64,000 bases of DNA, from the NCBI RefSeq assembly GCF_963921235.1, contig NC_086097.1:229526001-229590000 (forward strand), given 5' to 3'. The notes beneath the pieces are model-generated. The model had not been told where the DNA came from and searched no databases. It saw only the letters and a list, made by a program, of their open reading frames with translations. Positions 25,060 to 37,489 of the stretch are shown piece after piece. The stretch is from Mobula hypostoma (lineage: Eukaryota). Numbering within the stretch: the stretch's first letter is position 1; every line of letters begins with the position of its first letter. The translations under genes were made by a program, and so were the position numbers.

Positions 25060-26150
25060 TCAGATGTTGCACTTTGCAAGATCAAATCTAAAGGCAGGGC
25101 ACTAACAGTGTTGATGTATAGAGGGATCTTGGGGTCCAAGTCCGTAGCGCTCTGGAAGTGTTTATACAAGTTGGTAGTGTGATAGAGACGACATATGACA
25201 TACTTGACTTTATTTGTTGAGCTAGTTCAAGAATCAGGAAGTTATGTTGCAGCTTTAAAACATCTGGTTAGATCACATCTACAATATTACATGCAGTTCT
25301 GGTTGCCCCACTATAGGAAGGATGCTGCCTGGATTATGAAATACCTCGAGGTGCATGACAAGATAGGCACAAGCCAGCATTGTTTCATGAAGGGAAGATC
25401 CTGCCTCACCAACCTATTGGAATTTTTTGAGGTAATCTCAAATAAGATTTTAGCCCGAGGGTCATGGACTTATGGAATTCATTGCCACATACAGCTGTGG
25501 AGGCCCGATCATTGAGGGTGTTTGAGGAGGAGAGTGATAGGTATCTAATTAGTCAGGGTATCAAGGAATATGGGGAAAAAGCCGGAAATTGGAACTAGAT
25601 GGGTGAATAGTTTAGCCCATGGTGGAGTGGCGGAGCAGACTTGATGGGCCAAATGGCCTACTTCTGCTCCTTTGTCTTGTGATCTTGTGATTAACCAATT
25701 TCCCCCGGGATCAATAAAGTATGACTATGACTGTGTGCTATATGAAGATGTTGGAAAACTTGGATTGTTTTCTCAGGAGTAGCAGAGGTTGTGATGGAGA
25801 CTTATTAGAAGTTTATAGGATTATGAGAGGCATAGATAGGTGGTTGGCATATTTTTACCATGATTGAAATATCAAATACTGGAGGTCATGCATTTAAGCT
25901 GAGAGAGGGATTCAAAGGAGAAGTGCAGAGCAAGTTTTTCTTTTACAAGTCGATGGGTGTCTGGAAGTGCGTTGCCATGGTTGGTGGTGAAGGCAAATAT
26001 GACAGAGGTGTTTAAGAGGCTCTTAAATAGGCACACAAATGTGCAGAGAATGGAGAGATATGGGCATTTTGTCAGAGGAAGTGGTTTAGTAAGGCACGAT
26101 GTTGTAGGCCAAGGCGCCTTTTTCTGATTCTGTAGTACTTGATGTTCTAT
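25060..26150 (+). mobile_element. Nested CR1 fragments (host CR1 plus an internally deleted CR1 at ~25337-25690)
   Basis: LVRSHLQYYMQFWLPHYRKD then HDKIGTSQHCFMKGRSCLTNLLEFFE jumping to a CR1 3' UTR with tcttgtga tandem tail; GATTA at both junctions. Confidence 0.75.
25693..25732 (+). mobile_element. 40-bp 3'-terminal stub of the Rex1/Babar-like LINE
   Basis: AACCAATTTCCCCCGGGATCAATAAAGTATGACTATGACT is the reverse complement of the element end at 49013-49054. Confidence 0.8.
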
Positions 26151-27229
26151 GCGAAACTAAACTCAATTTAATAAGAGCAGGTATAATGACCTGAAGGTGA
26201 ACTTGAAGTGGTTTGGAAAATAAGCTTAAGGGACAAGTCAGTTGATGATATTCAATCAGCTAGACTGTAACACTTCGCAGGAATTTATTCCAATTTTTAA
26301 AAAAAGTCTGTGAGAAAGAGGCACAATCTGTAGTAAACAAAGGAAGTCAAGGATAATACTTAATTGAAAAGTAGAAAATACAAAGTTTCGTGGGCTGGTA
26401 GTAGGCCACAGCACTGGAAAGTTGTTTTTGGATTCAGCAGTGAAAGTCTAAAAAGCTGATGATAAAAGAAAAAATTGCTTTGGTCGGAAAACTTGTACGT
26501 AAAAGTTTCTATGCATGCATAAATAGGAAGGCGGGGTTGGGACATCTAGAGAACGAGGCTGACAAATTAATAACAGGAAATAAGATATGGTAGGTATATC
26601 AAATCAATCTTTGAAGCAGTATCCACCCTGGAAGGCACTGCAAATATCCCTAAGGTAACAGACTGGCTAATTTTAAATAGGTGGAAGGGAGTATCAGTTC
26701 TTAACCCCAAATATTCAATTTTTCCATTAGACCTAGAAAGCCTATCATATCTGATAAATAAGACACAAGGTATTACATAACACAGTAATCAGTGCTGAAG
26801 ATATACAAAGTGATTGCATAAACTATCAAGTATTAGGATAGCAAAGGCTATAAATTTTCAATCCCATTCTGATGAGTACTAAGATATGTGGATGAGTGAC
26901 CAGCCAAAAGCTAGCCTCCTCTATTGTTTAGTTGAGTTTGTAGATGTAAAATGCTCGAATGCCAGATAAACTCAAGCAGTGAGGAATAGAATTGATATTA
27001 TGGAGGAGAAAATAGAAAAGTATTTGAGATAAAGCAGTCATGGGGTGCAAATTAACCAAAGTGATAAAATTCTGAGCTTAGAATGATATTTGTACTTGCT
27101 TTTATTTTTGCAATCTAGGGCTTTGTAAACAAATACCAAAAATTATTTCAAAAATTATGTCAGCAAAAAGAGAATAGCTGTACATGTAATATTTAAAACA
27201 TTAAAAAATATCATATTATCCTGTCTGGT

Positions 27230-27235
27230 TTTATT
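27230..27235 (-). terminator. Candidate polyA signal of the minus-strand coiled-coil gene
   Basis: AATAAA on the - strand ~115 nt after the stop codon; another at 27101-27106. Confidence 0.4.
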
Positions 27236-27348
27236 TTCTTTCAATTTTAATTCAAGGTTGAAAACTTTATGCCCCATGCCAATTTAAAAACCTGAACATT
27301 TTGGAGTAAATACACGAGCCTTAAAATAACATGCATCATTTTGAAAAA

Positions 27349-27558
27349 TTAGGGAAGAATTGATGTGATTTTAACATTCTTTCTGTTTATAGTATTTGCA
27401 ACTTGTTGCATGGTGTCAACAACGCTAGAAATTTCCTTGCAACTTTTTGACCGAAGAGAACTTTCCATCTTGAGTTGTGATTTCAGGACACCCAGGTCCT
27501 GAGCTAGTGTATCAATGTATCCCTTCATTCGAAGAAGTTCAGCATCTTTTTCAGAGAT
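27349..27558 (-). CDS. Coiled-coil protein, terminal coding exon
   Basis: tgtAG acceptor, phase 0; ISEKDAELLRMKGYIDTLAQDLGVLKSQLKMESSLRSKSCKEISSVVDTMQQVANTINRKNVKITSILP* (70 codons including stop). Confidence 0.8.
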   Translation of the reverse strand: MSEKDAELLRMKGYIDTLAQDLGVLKSQLKMESSLRSKSCKEISSVVDTMQQVANTINRKNVKITSILP

Positions 27559-28059
27559 CTACATTGGCAATGCAAGGAGACAACAAATAAGATATACCAG
27601 GGAATAAATGCTAGAGGAACATTATAATTAGTTTATGAATATTTACATCTAGTAAATTTACAATTTGATAAATGTTTATGAAAATAGAATCTTCACACCC
27701 CAGATACAGTATGTACAGCTGCAAACTGTACTCTTATACTAAACTATCATCCGTTAGTTTAATATGAGAGGAATTGCAGTAACCACTGTCATTTGATCAT
27801 TTTTACAATCTAATAGTATTCAAAATTGTTCACTTGTTTAGGAACAAGTAACCATAATTACCACTACTTATAGCTGCTAAAATAATTTTTCAAATCATCT
27901 GTTATTCAGTAAAAGAAAATTCAACTCTTCATCCTCTTGAGGATTAGCTAAATTAATGAAGTATAATTTTAAATGCTCAATGTGATACTTAGTTCTAGAA
28001 AACATTTACAGTTTTTAAATCATATGGATAGCATCCAGCAATATTGTGTCATACCTCAT

Positions 28060-30050
28060 TTCATAGAGAAATTATAGACCAATGAGACTGACATCAGTTG
28101 TAAGCAATTATTGGAAGTTATTTTCAAGGTCAGGGTATCTAAGTATTTGGATAGAAGACCTGATTAGGATAGTCAACATGGCTTTTGCAAGTTAGGTCTC
28201 ATCTAGTCATTGTTATAGAATTTTTGAAGGAGGTTACCAAGGTTGATGAAGGAAAGGTGGTCTTTGTCTACATGGGCATTAGCAAGGCCTTTGACAAAGT
28301 CAGTAATAGGAGGCTGGTCCAGCAGGTGAAGAATGAAGTAGCCAATTGGATTTAACTTTGGCTTAATGCGAGAAGCCAGAGAATGGTGATCGATGGTTTT
28401 CTCTCTGATGGAGACCAATAACTAGTGGTGTGCTGCAGAGATCGGGGCCAGGCCCATTATTATTTCTCATCTATATAAAATTATTTAGATAATGTGATAA
28501 ACTGCATCAGGATATTTGCAGATGACACCAAAATTGATGGCACATTGGCGAGAAAGGCTATCAAAGCTTTCAGTGTGATCTTGTCCTGCTGGGAAAATAG
28601 GCTGAAAAATAGCAGATGGAATTTAATACAGACAGGTGTGAGGTGCTGCACTTTGGGAGGACAAACCAGGGTGAGGCGTTGTGAATGGTCGGGCTTGGAG
28701 GTGTGCAGTAGAACGAACGGACCCAGTAAATACAGATCCATGATTCTTGAAAGTGAGATCACAGGTAGATAAGAGTCATAAAGAGAGTTTTTGGCACATA
28801 GGCCTTCATAAATCAGAGCATTGAGTACAGGAGTTGGAATATTATGTTGAAGTTTTATGAGACTCAAAGATTCAAAGTACATTTATTAAAGTATATATAC
28901 AGTATACAACCCTGAGATTCATCTTCCCACAGGCTGCCATGAAAAAGAGAAACACCATGGAATCTGTTTTTTAAAAAACATCAAACACCCAACATGTGAA
29001 AAAAGAACAAATTATGCAAATGGCAAATAAAGAGTGAATGACACACAGCATCTTAAACACCAAACTGCAGAATTCTTGAAGCAGTCTAGGAATGTTCAGT
29101 TTAGTTCAATTTAACTCTATCATTTGTTGACTGCAGGCCCCAGAGCTAGTCCACATTGAAGTGCCCCAATCAAATTCATGTAAAATAGCTATTAAAAAAA
29201 CTAGTAATGAGAAATATGTAACATTAACCACAGAGTCCTCTTAAAAACAAGTCCAATCCTCAAGGCGTGCCAGTCAAACCTTGCCCAGACCCTGCACCTT
29301 GTTTCAGCAGCAGCAAGGAAGCAGGAAACTGGTCAAACACAGCTATATGATGCTGAACACCCACTCCCCTTCCACTTTCATCCTTGTTCAATCTCGTTCA
29401 ACATTTTAATTGCATTACACCATTAAGCTGCACAGTCCGTGCTCAACCTTGTCAACCTCCCTCAGAGACAGCAAAACCATAGAAACTACAGCACAGAAAC
29501 CATGAGATTGCTCAGTCAGTCCAAAAATACATTATCAAAATGTAACTTACAGGCTGCAATTGCATCCAGATTAGTAATAGAAGTATATTTGAAAGAAGAA
29601 AGAGAAGTAGTTTAGTGAACTGTCTGCAAGATGTTGACATTGGTCGCTGGCATCATCTTGCATTTAGAGTACTATGTGCCATTCTGCTCACCTACCTACA
29701 TGAGAGATACCATTACAGTAATTTGAAAGGGTGCAGAGAAAATTTACAGGGTGTTGCTGGGACTTCACGACCTGAGTTGTAGGGAAAGGGTGATGGGTTA
29801 GGCCTTTATTCTCCAGAGGGCAGGAGAATGAGGGGAGTTCTTACTGAGATAAACAAAATTATGAGGGGTATAGATAAAGTGAATGCTTGCAGGCTTTTTT
29901 CTCCTCGCGTGTGGTGAGACTAGGACTAGAGGTAATAGGTTCAAGGTGAAACATTTAAGGAGAATCTGAGGGGGAACTACTTAGTTCGGATGGTGATGTG
30001 AGTATGTAATGAGCTGCCAGCAGAATGTTAGTTGCAGATTCAATTGTTAC
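28060..30050 (+). mobile_element. Old CR1 LINE remnant with an unrelated internal insertion (~28865-29660)
   Basis: NYRPMRLTSVVS-like start, TSGVLQRS, IFADDTKI and CR1 3' motifs; heavily decayed. Confidence 0.7.
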
Positions 30051-30056
30051 AACTAT

Positions 30057-31776
30057 ATAGTCATAGTCATACTTTTTTGATCCCGGGGGAAATTGGTTTT
30101 CGTTACAGTTGCACCATAAATAATAAATAGTAATATTACTATTAGTAAAAAGTAATAGAAATAATAAATAGTAATAGAAAATAGTAATAAATAGTTAAAT
30201 AGTAATATGTAAGTTATGAAATAAGTCCAGGACCAGCCTATTGGCTCAGGGTGTCTGACCCTCCAAGGGAGGAGTTGTAAAGTTTGATGGCCACAGGCAG
30301 GAATGACTTCCTATGACGCTCTGTGCTGCATCTCGGTGGAATGAGTCTCTGGCTGAATGTACTCCTGTGCCCACCCAGTACATTATGTAGTGGATGGGAG
30401 ACATTGACCAAGATGGCATGCAACTTGGACAGCATCCTCTTTTCAGACACCACTGTGAGAGAGCCCAGTTCCATCCCCACAACATCACTGGCCTTACGAA
30501 TGAGTTTGTTGATTCTGTTGGTGTCTGCTACCCTCAGCCTGCTGCTCCAGCACACAACAGCAAACATGATAGCACTGGCCACCACAGACTCATAGAATCC
30601 GGCAGATGTTAAAGGACTTCAGTCTCCTCAGGAAATAGAGACAGCTCTGACCCTTCTTGTAGACAGCCTCAGTGTTCTTAGACCAGTCCAGTTTATTGTC
30701 AATTCGTATCCCCAACAATTTGTAATCCTTCACCATGTCCACACTGATCCCCTGGATGGAAACAGGGGTCACTGGTACCTTAGCTCTCCTCAGGTCTACC
30801 ACCAGCTCTTTAGTCTTTTTCACATTAAGCTGCAGATAATTCTGCTCACACCATGTGACAAAGTTTCCAACCATAGCCCTGTACTCAACCTCATCTCCCT
30901 TGCTGATGCATCCAACTATGGCAGAGTCATCCGAAAACTTCTGAAGATGACAAGACTCTGTGCAGTAGTTGAAGTCCGAGGTGTAAATGGTGAAGAGAAA
31001 GGGAGACAAGACAGTCCCCTATGGAGCCCCAGTGCTGCTGATCACTCTGCCGGACACACAGTGTTGCAAGCACACATACTATGGTCTGCCAGTCAGGTAA
31101 TCAAGAATCCATGACATCAGGAAAGTATCCACCTGCATCGCTGTCAGCTTCTCCCCCAGCAGAGTAGGGAGGATGGTGTTGAACACACTGGAGAAGTCAA
31201 AAAACATGACTCTCACAGTGCTCGCTGGCTTGTCCAGGTGAGTGTAGACACGGTTCAGCAGGTAGATCATGGCATCCTCAACTCCTAGTCGGGGCTGGTA
31301 GGCGAACTGGAGGGGATCTAAGTGTGGCCTGACCATAGGTTGGAGTAGCTCCAGAACAAGTCTCTCCAGGGTCTTCATGATGTGGGAGGTCAATACCACC
31401 GGTCTGTAGTCATTGAGGCCGCTGGGGCGCGGCGTTTTCGGCACAGGGACGAGGCAGGACGTCTTCCACAGTACAGGAACCCTCTGGAGCCTCAGGCTCA
31501 TGTTGAATACATGGCAAAGTACTCCACACAGCTGAGGGGCACAGGCTTTGAGCACCCTGGTACTGACACCATCCGGTCCTGCAGCCTTGCTTGGGTTGAG
31601 ACGTTTCAGCTGTCTTCTCACCTGTTCAGCCGTGAAGCCCACCATGGTGGTTTCGTGTGGGGGAGGGGTACAGTCATGAGAGCAGGTTGGGGGACTGTGA
31701 GGAGGGGTAGGAGGGGAGAGTGGAATATGTGTTGGTTGGGGGCCGACAACAGATGGCTCATGTGGGGGATGGGCAG
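30057..31776 (-). mobile_element. Rex1/Babar-like LINE, 5'-truncated
   Basis: KAAGPDGVSTRVLKACA, DYRPVVLTSHIMKTLERLVL, FFDFSSVFNTI, QKFSDDSAIVG; 3' end GGGATCAAAAAAGTA(TGACTA)n. Confidence 0.9.
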
Positions 31777-32218
31777 AGGTTAGATAGGTACATGAACAGG
31801 ATGATTTTACATAGTTCAGTACAGCACAGGAGCAGGCCATTCAGCCCAAAATATTGTTCCGAACCAGCTAAAAAGCGAGTCAAAAGCACCCAAACATTAA
31901 TCACTCCTACCTACACCATTTCCATATCCCTCCATCTTCCATACATCCATGTGACTATCCAAACATCTCTCAAAAGCCTCTGATGTATTTGCCCCTACCA
32001 CCATACCGGGCAGTGCATCGCAGGCCTCGGGTCCAAGTAGATGGGATTAGGCAGAAGATCGTACCAGAATGGACAAGAGGGGTTGGAGGGCCTGCTTCTG
32101 AGCTGTAGGGTTGTATAACTCTGTCATACTTTTGACATACCATGCACTGAAGACAGGTATTTTTTTAATAACATAATGGCAGACTTAAATAATTGCTACA
32201 CACTTTAAATCAAAATAC

Positions 32219-32386
32219 CTGCTTATGTAATTCAGAGATGTGTTCGACTAAACTGTTTTTCTCTCTCTTGTGATGGGAGATTTCCAGCTGGATACTGGAA
32301 TGTCGTTTCTCCAATGTAACTAGCTGGTTCTGAAGTGATTGCCTGTTCAGTGCTGCAGAACTCTTCCCTTGCTCCAGACGTCGAAT
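32219..32386 (-). CDS. Coiled-coil protein, internal exon
   Basis: ttacAG / GTattt, 168 nt, phase 0-0; IRRLEQGKSSAALNRQSLQNQLVTLEKRHSSIQLEISHHKREKNSLVEHISELHKQ. Confidence 0.85.
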
Positions 32387-32801
32387 CTGTAAAGGCAATT
32401 ACAAATAGAATTAAATATATATTCTGCTTTCCAGGTTCTTGCTACTCACCAATTTAATATATTTTTACTCTTGTATTTTCAAGTTCTCCTAGATCTTTGG
32501 TACACGGCTCTAACATTGACCAAGCAGGCACTCCTGTTTGGCAAATTGAATTAATTTCTCAAACATTAATTTGTAGAACAAGGCAGAATCTAATCATTAA
32601 CACCTGTTCCTGATTCTATTTCCTTCCTTGACAGCATCTCACTCATTGTGGATTGAATACCCACTTCTTCAGGTTTTTAATTTGCTGAGTGGTATAAAAG
32701 AGGGATCTGAGAATACAGATCCATTCCTTGAAAGTGGCATCAAAGGTAGATTGAGTCATAAAGAGAGTTTTTGGCACATTGGCCTTCATAAACCAAAAGT
32801 A

Positions 32802-33003
32802 ACACACACACAAAATGCTGGAGGAACCCAGCAGGCCAGGCAGCATCTGTGGAAAAGAGTGAACAATCAACGAGACCCTTCATCAGACCTGGAACGTTGA
32901 CAGTTTACTCTTCTCCATAAATGCTACCTGGCCTGCTGAGTTCCTCCATCATTTCGTGTGTTCCTTTGGATCTCCAGCATCTAGAGATTTTCTCATGTTT
33001 GTG
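32802..33003. mobile_element. Short fold-back element made of two PLE 3' termini joined at the hammerhead
   Basis: Inverted arms 32807-32872 / 32895-32960; spacer agacccttcatcagacctggaa is a hammerhead remnant. Confidence 0.8.
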
Positions 33004-33904
33004 ATGAAACAAAAGTTGGAGGTGTTGTGGATAGTGTGGAGGGCTGTCAGAGGTTACAGCGGGACATTGATAGGATGCAAAACTGGGCTGAGAAGTAGCA
33101 GATGGAGTTCAGCCCAGATAAGTGTGAAGTGGTTCTTCTTGGTAGGTCAAATATGATGACAGAATATAGTATTAATGGTAAGACTCTTGGCAGTGTGGAG
33201 GATCAGAGGGATCTTGGGGTCCGAGTCTATAGGACACTCAAAGCAGCGGCGCAGGTTGACTCTGTGGTTAAGAAGGTGTATGGTGTACTGGCCTTCATCA
33301 ATCGTGGAATTGAACTTGGGAGCCGAGAAGTAATATTGCAGGTATATAGGACCCTGGTCAGACCCCACTTGGAGCACTGTGCTCAGTTCTGGTTGCGCTC
33401 ACTACAGGAAGGATGTGGAAGCCATAGAAAGGGTGTAGAGGAGATTTACAAGGATGTTGCCTGGATTGGGGAGCATGCCTTATGAGAATAGGTTGAGTGA
33501 ACTCGGCCTTTTCTCCTTGGGGCGACAGAGGATGAGAGGTGACCTGATAGAGGTGTATAAAATGATGAGAGGCATTGATCGTGTGGATAGTCAGAGGCTT
33601 TTTCCCAGGGATGAAATGGTTGCCACAGGAGGACACAGGTTTAAGGTACTTGGGAGAAAGTACAGAGGAGATGTCAGGGGTAAGTTTTTTTACTTAGAGA
33701 GTGGTGAGTGCATGGAATGGGCTGTCAGCAACGGTGGTGGAGGTGGATACGATAGGGTCTTTTAAGAGACTTTTGGAGAGGTACATGGAGCTTAGAAAAA
33801 TAGAGGGCTATAGCTAAGCCTAGTAATTTTTAACACAGGGACATGTTCGGCACAACTTTGTGGGCCGAAGGGCCTGTATTGTGCTGTAGGTTTTCTATGT
33901 TTCT
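33004..33904 (+). mobile_element. 5'-truncated CR1 LINE nested in an older CR1 (~32700-34515)
   Basis: EFSPDKCEVV...LVRPHLEHCAQFW, RMRGDLIEVYKMMRGIDRVD; TTTCTATG tail at ~33891-33904; ATAAACCAAAAGTA at 32788-32801 and 33905-33918. Confidence 0.9.
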
Positions 33905-34544
33905 ATAAACCAAAAGTATTGAGTACAGGAGTTAGAATGTTATGTTGAAGTTGTACAAGGTGTTGGTGAGGCCTGATTTGGAGTATTGTATGTAGTTCTG
34001 GCCATCTAACTACAGCAAAAATATCAATAAGATTGAAAGAGTACAGAGAAAACTTACAAGAAGTTGCCGGGACTTGAGGATCTGAGTCATATGGAAATGT
34101 TAAATAGGTTAGGACTTTATTTCCTGGAGTGTAGGAGAATGATGGAAGATTTGATAGAGGTATACAAAATTATGAGGGGTGTAGATAGGGTAAATGCAAG
34201 CAGGCTTTTTCCACTAAGGTTGAGTGGGACTATAACTATAGATCATGGATTTAAGGGTGAAAGGTGAAATATTTAAAGGGAATCAGAGGGAGATCTTCTT
34301 CACTCAGAGGGTGGTGAGAGTGTGAAATGAGCTGCCATTAGAAGTGGTGGATGTTGGTTTAATTTCAACATTTAAGAGAGGTTTGTAAAAGTATATAGAT
34401 GGAAGGTGGGTGAAGGGCTATGGTGCATGTGTAGGTCCATGGGACTATGCAGAATAATAGTTTGGCATGGTCTAGATGAGCCAAAGGGTCTGGTTCCGTG
34501 CAGCAGTGTTCTATGATCCTATAAATTCTGCATTATATCTGGGT

Positions 34545-35700
34545 AGAACCCTACCCCTTGTTTAAATACACCTCTCTGCAAATGGGTGTTCGACTTCAGA
34601 ACGAACACACCTCAGATAGTCAGGATGCACAACTGCTTCTCGCTTCCCATCAACCTCAGCATGGGTTCCCCACCCCCGGTTATAAATTGAACCCATTGCT
34701 GTACACTCTAGTTTCACATGACTACACGGCCAAACACCCGAGTAATCATATTGTCATCTTTGCCAATGACACGATAATAGTGGGGCTCATCACCACAAAA
34801 GAGGAGGTGGAGGAGCTAGAGGCCTTCTGTCAGGCAAATAAACTCCTCTTCAATGTCAACAAGGAGATGGTTACTGACTTCAGGAGAACTCTCACCACTT
34901 GCACCATTCTTTACATCAGCAGCGGAGTACTGGAAACTGCAAGCAGCTTCAAACTCCTGGAAGTGCACCTTCTCACACAACCTCTCATGGTCCCAGAACC
35001 CAATCGACACAAACAGGAAAGTTCACCAATGGCTTTACTTCTAAGGAGGCTGAAGTTAGGTGAACGATGCATGCCTATACTCACATATTCTACAGATGTG
35101 TAGCAGAGAGCATCTTAACGTGCTGCATCATTGTGTGGTAGAGAAACTGCACTGTGGTGAACAAGAAGGCTCTGCAATAGGTAGTTAAAACAACCCAATG
35201 CATCACTAGCACCAGCCTACCCCTACCTGCCATCAAGGACATATGTACAGAAAGGTACCGAAAAAGGGCCAGTAACATCATGATGGAACCCACCTATCCT
35301 GCAAATGAACTGTTTGTCCCACTCCCTTCTGGGAGGAGGCAATGTAGCATCCACACCAGGACCATCCCACTCAAAAAACAGTTACCTTTCTCCAAGCAGT
35401 AAGGCTGATCAGCACCTCCTCCACAAACCCACCCCACCCCAACACATCACACCCCCAACCATCACTACTTTTATCATTTCCTGTCAGTCACCTTATGTAC
35501 AGATACTCCTGTGCCTAGTGTCACTTTATGTACATACAATTAATGTATATAAGTTATCTTATGTATTTGTGTTTTTAAATTGCTGTATTCTTTGTCTTAT
35601 TGTGTTTTATTTTGTGCTGCATCAGATCCAGAGTAACAATAATTTCGGTTTCTTTTACACTTTTGAACTGGAAATGACATTAAACAATATTGAACCTTGA
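34545..35700 (+). mobile_element. Old Rex1/Babar-like LINE fragment
   Basis: LNPLLYTLVSHDYTAKHPSNHIVIFANDTIIVGLIT is a decayed RT FADD region; ends ttgaaccttgaa. Confidence 0.7.
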
Positions 35701-36179
35701 ATCTCATACAAGTAAAAGTTCTGGAAGCTTTCAATGCTTATAAATTTTTATAATCCAATAGAAATATAAGAGAGAGAAATTCATTCTTTGCATTTGTTCT
35801 AAAAACAGCAAGATTGGTCAAAAAGTTTATGAACAAGAAGCAGCAAGTTTTTGCACATGCCAGTCTCGCCAATAATTATTTTAATATATTCACAATAAGT
35901 AAAATTTGTTTTTATTAAACTCATACAGAGAAGTAGCCCGAGTCCCATCTGAAAGTTTTCTCTCTGGACTGAAAAAGTATAATCACAATGTGTTCATGCT
36001 GGTTATTTCTTAAGGTTTCCTTTAAGCTTTCAGCTCCTGGATGTACAAACAAGTCACAGAAGTTAATTCTTTTCAAAATATCATTGGGTATTACTAATGG
36101 TAAATTCGAAGAACATAAAGGGGCCTATCCAGATGAAGAGTCCTGACCCAAAATATTGGCAGTCCAGTTCCCTCCATAG

Positions 36180-36738
36180 TTGTTGTTCGTCCATCGTACA
36201 TCGATGAGGACCTCGACATCATTATGATGGTGTCGAGACTAGCGCATCATTTGGATTTAAGTGAGGGAGAGTTGCGCAACGTCAGCCTCACTCTCTCTTC
36301 CCAATTCCCATCTGGATCCAGTGGCAAGACAAGAGTCGAGACGGCTGGAGATGGGACTAGGCGCAGTGGATGACCAGGACGTCTTCTGTGTCTTGTCCTG
36401 ATCTACATGTTCCACGACGCTTGCAGAGACCGCCTTCTTGACCGTTGGACCTTCCATTGGTCTCGTCCGCTCAATCCGCCGGAGTCTGTCTTCACATGCT
36501 GGGATAGACAACTCCCTATCTCACCGAGGGTTTGAGACCCGTCGGCTACCCTCACCTGGTTTAGCTGGCTTGTCGAAGTCGTTGCCTGGGGTGTGGCCGC
36601 TGTCGCATGCAAACAGCTACGGGGAGCCACAGGTGAGAGCTGAGTGCCAGGTGGGGACCAAAGGTGGACTAACCGCCCTGAAAAGGACATGACATGTTCC
36701 CCCACCAGAGGTGCTACCCCTCCCTGACACCCCATACA
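36180..36738 (-). mobile_element. 559-bp non-autonomous RTE-like retroelement (5' end joined to 3' end, no ORF)
   Basis: Perfect 10-bp TSD CCCTCCATAG (36170-36179 / 36739-36748); (CAA)n tail on the - strand; CpG-rich. RTE assignment rests on recalled similarity of GGGAGGGGTAGCACCTCTGG and GCTAAACCAGGTGAGGGTAGCCGAC to RTE 5' UTRs. Inserted in a decayed PLE-end repeat (36125-36790). Confidence 0.7.
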
Positions 36739-37489
36739 CCCTCCATAGAGGGTGCCTGACTCACTGAGTTCCTCCAACACCATCTTCGTTGCTCTCAATA
36801 GTTCTGTATTCTGTTGCTCCAAAGTTTACTTAAATTTGGTGAAGCAGACAGAGCACATTTCAAACGTGTACAAACTTGTTTGTGGAGTTTGAACTTCCCC
36901 GGGAATTAAAATTTGAATAGTGAATAATTTATTTAAATCCAGAATAGTTTCAAATGGAAAATTACAGTAAAAATAATGCCATCTTCAGGTGTTCAGTAGC
37001 CATAATATTTTCATGTTTCAACTATCTTTTGAATCTTTTAAAGCTGACAATTAAAACTGCCTAAACAAAGCCTTTCACGTTTCATTTCATAGGCATATGT
37101 AACCTGGTTATAAATGCCATGGAAATGACCTTTTCTTTTACAGAAGCACAGTACATTACAAACATATCAACACAGCATAAGCATAAATTCATAGCCTACA
37201 CAATTAAAAACAATAAGCACAGCGACATCAGTGCAAGTTAAAGGAAATGTAGTCTGAGGTAGAAGTTGAAATGTGGCCTTTGTGGCTTTTGAAATGTAAT
37301 CTGAAATCAGGTATGCCTCTCTTTGTAAATCACCTCCACAGATTATGGTGTCCAAATCGAGACACAACACTACTGGAAAGGGTTCTGTCGAGCAATTTGC
37401 TTGAATGGTATCAAGAATGTGCAACTTAAGACTGGGAAAGTTTGGACTGTTCAAATTTTGCCAGAGATGGGATGCAGAAATTTACAAGA

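Noticed and set aside
30117..30205. AATAGT/AATAAT tandem-like repeats that could look like an array
   Set aside because: Slippage expansion in the Rex-like 3' UTR (shorter at 49070-49120); no unique spacers, not CRISPR.
36600..36738. HDV-like ribozyme at the RTE-like 5' end
   Set aside because: Partial P3/L3-like words (CACCTCTGGTG, GCTCCCCGTAGC) are present, but I could not assemble the double pseudoknot by eye.
36257..36822. Overlapping 84-139 aa ORFs in the GC-rich island
   Set aside because: They fall within or across the TSD-flanked non-autonomous retroelement and show no protein motif.
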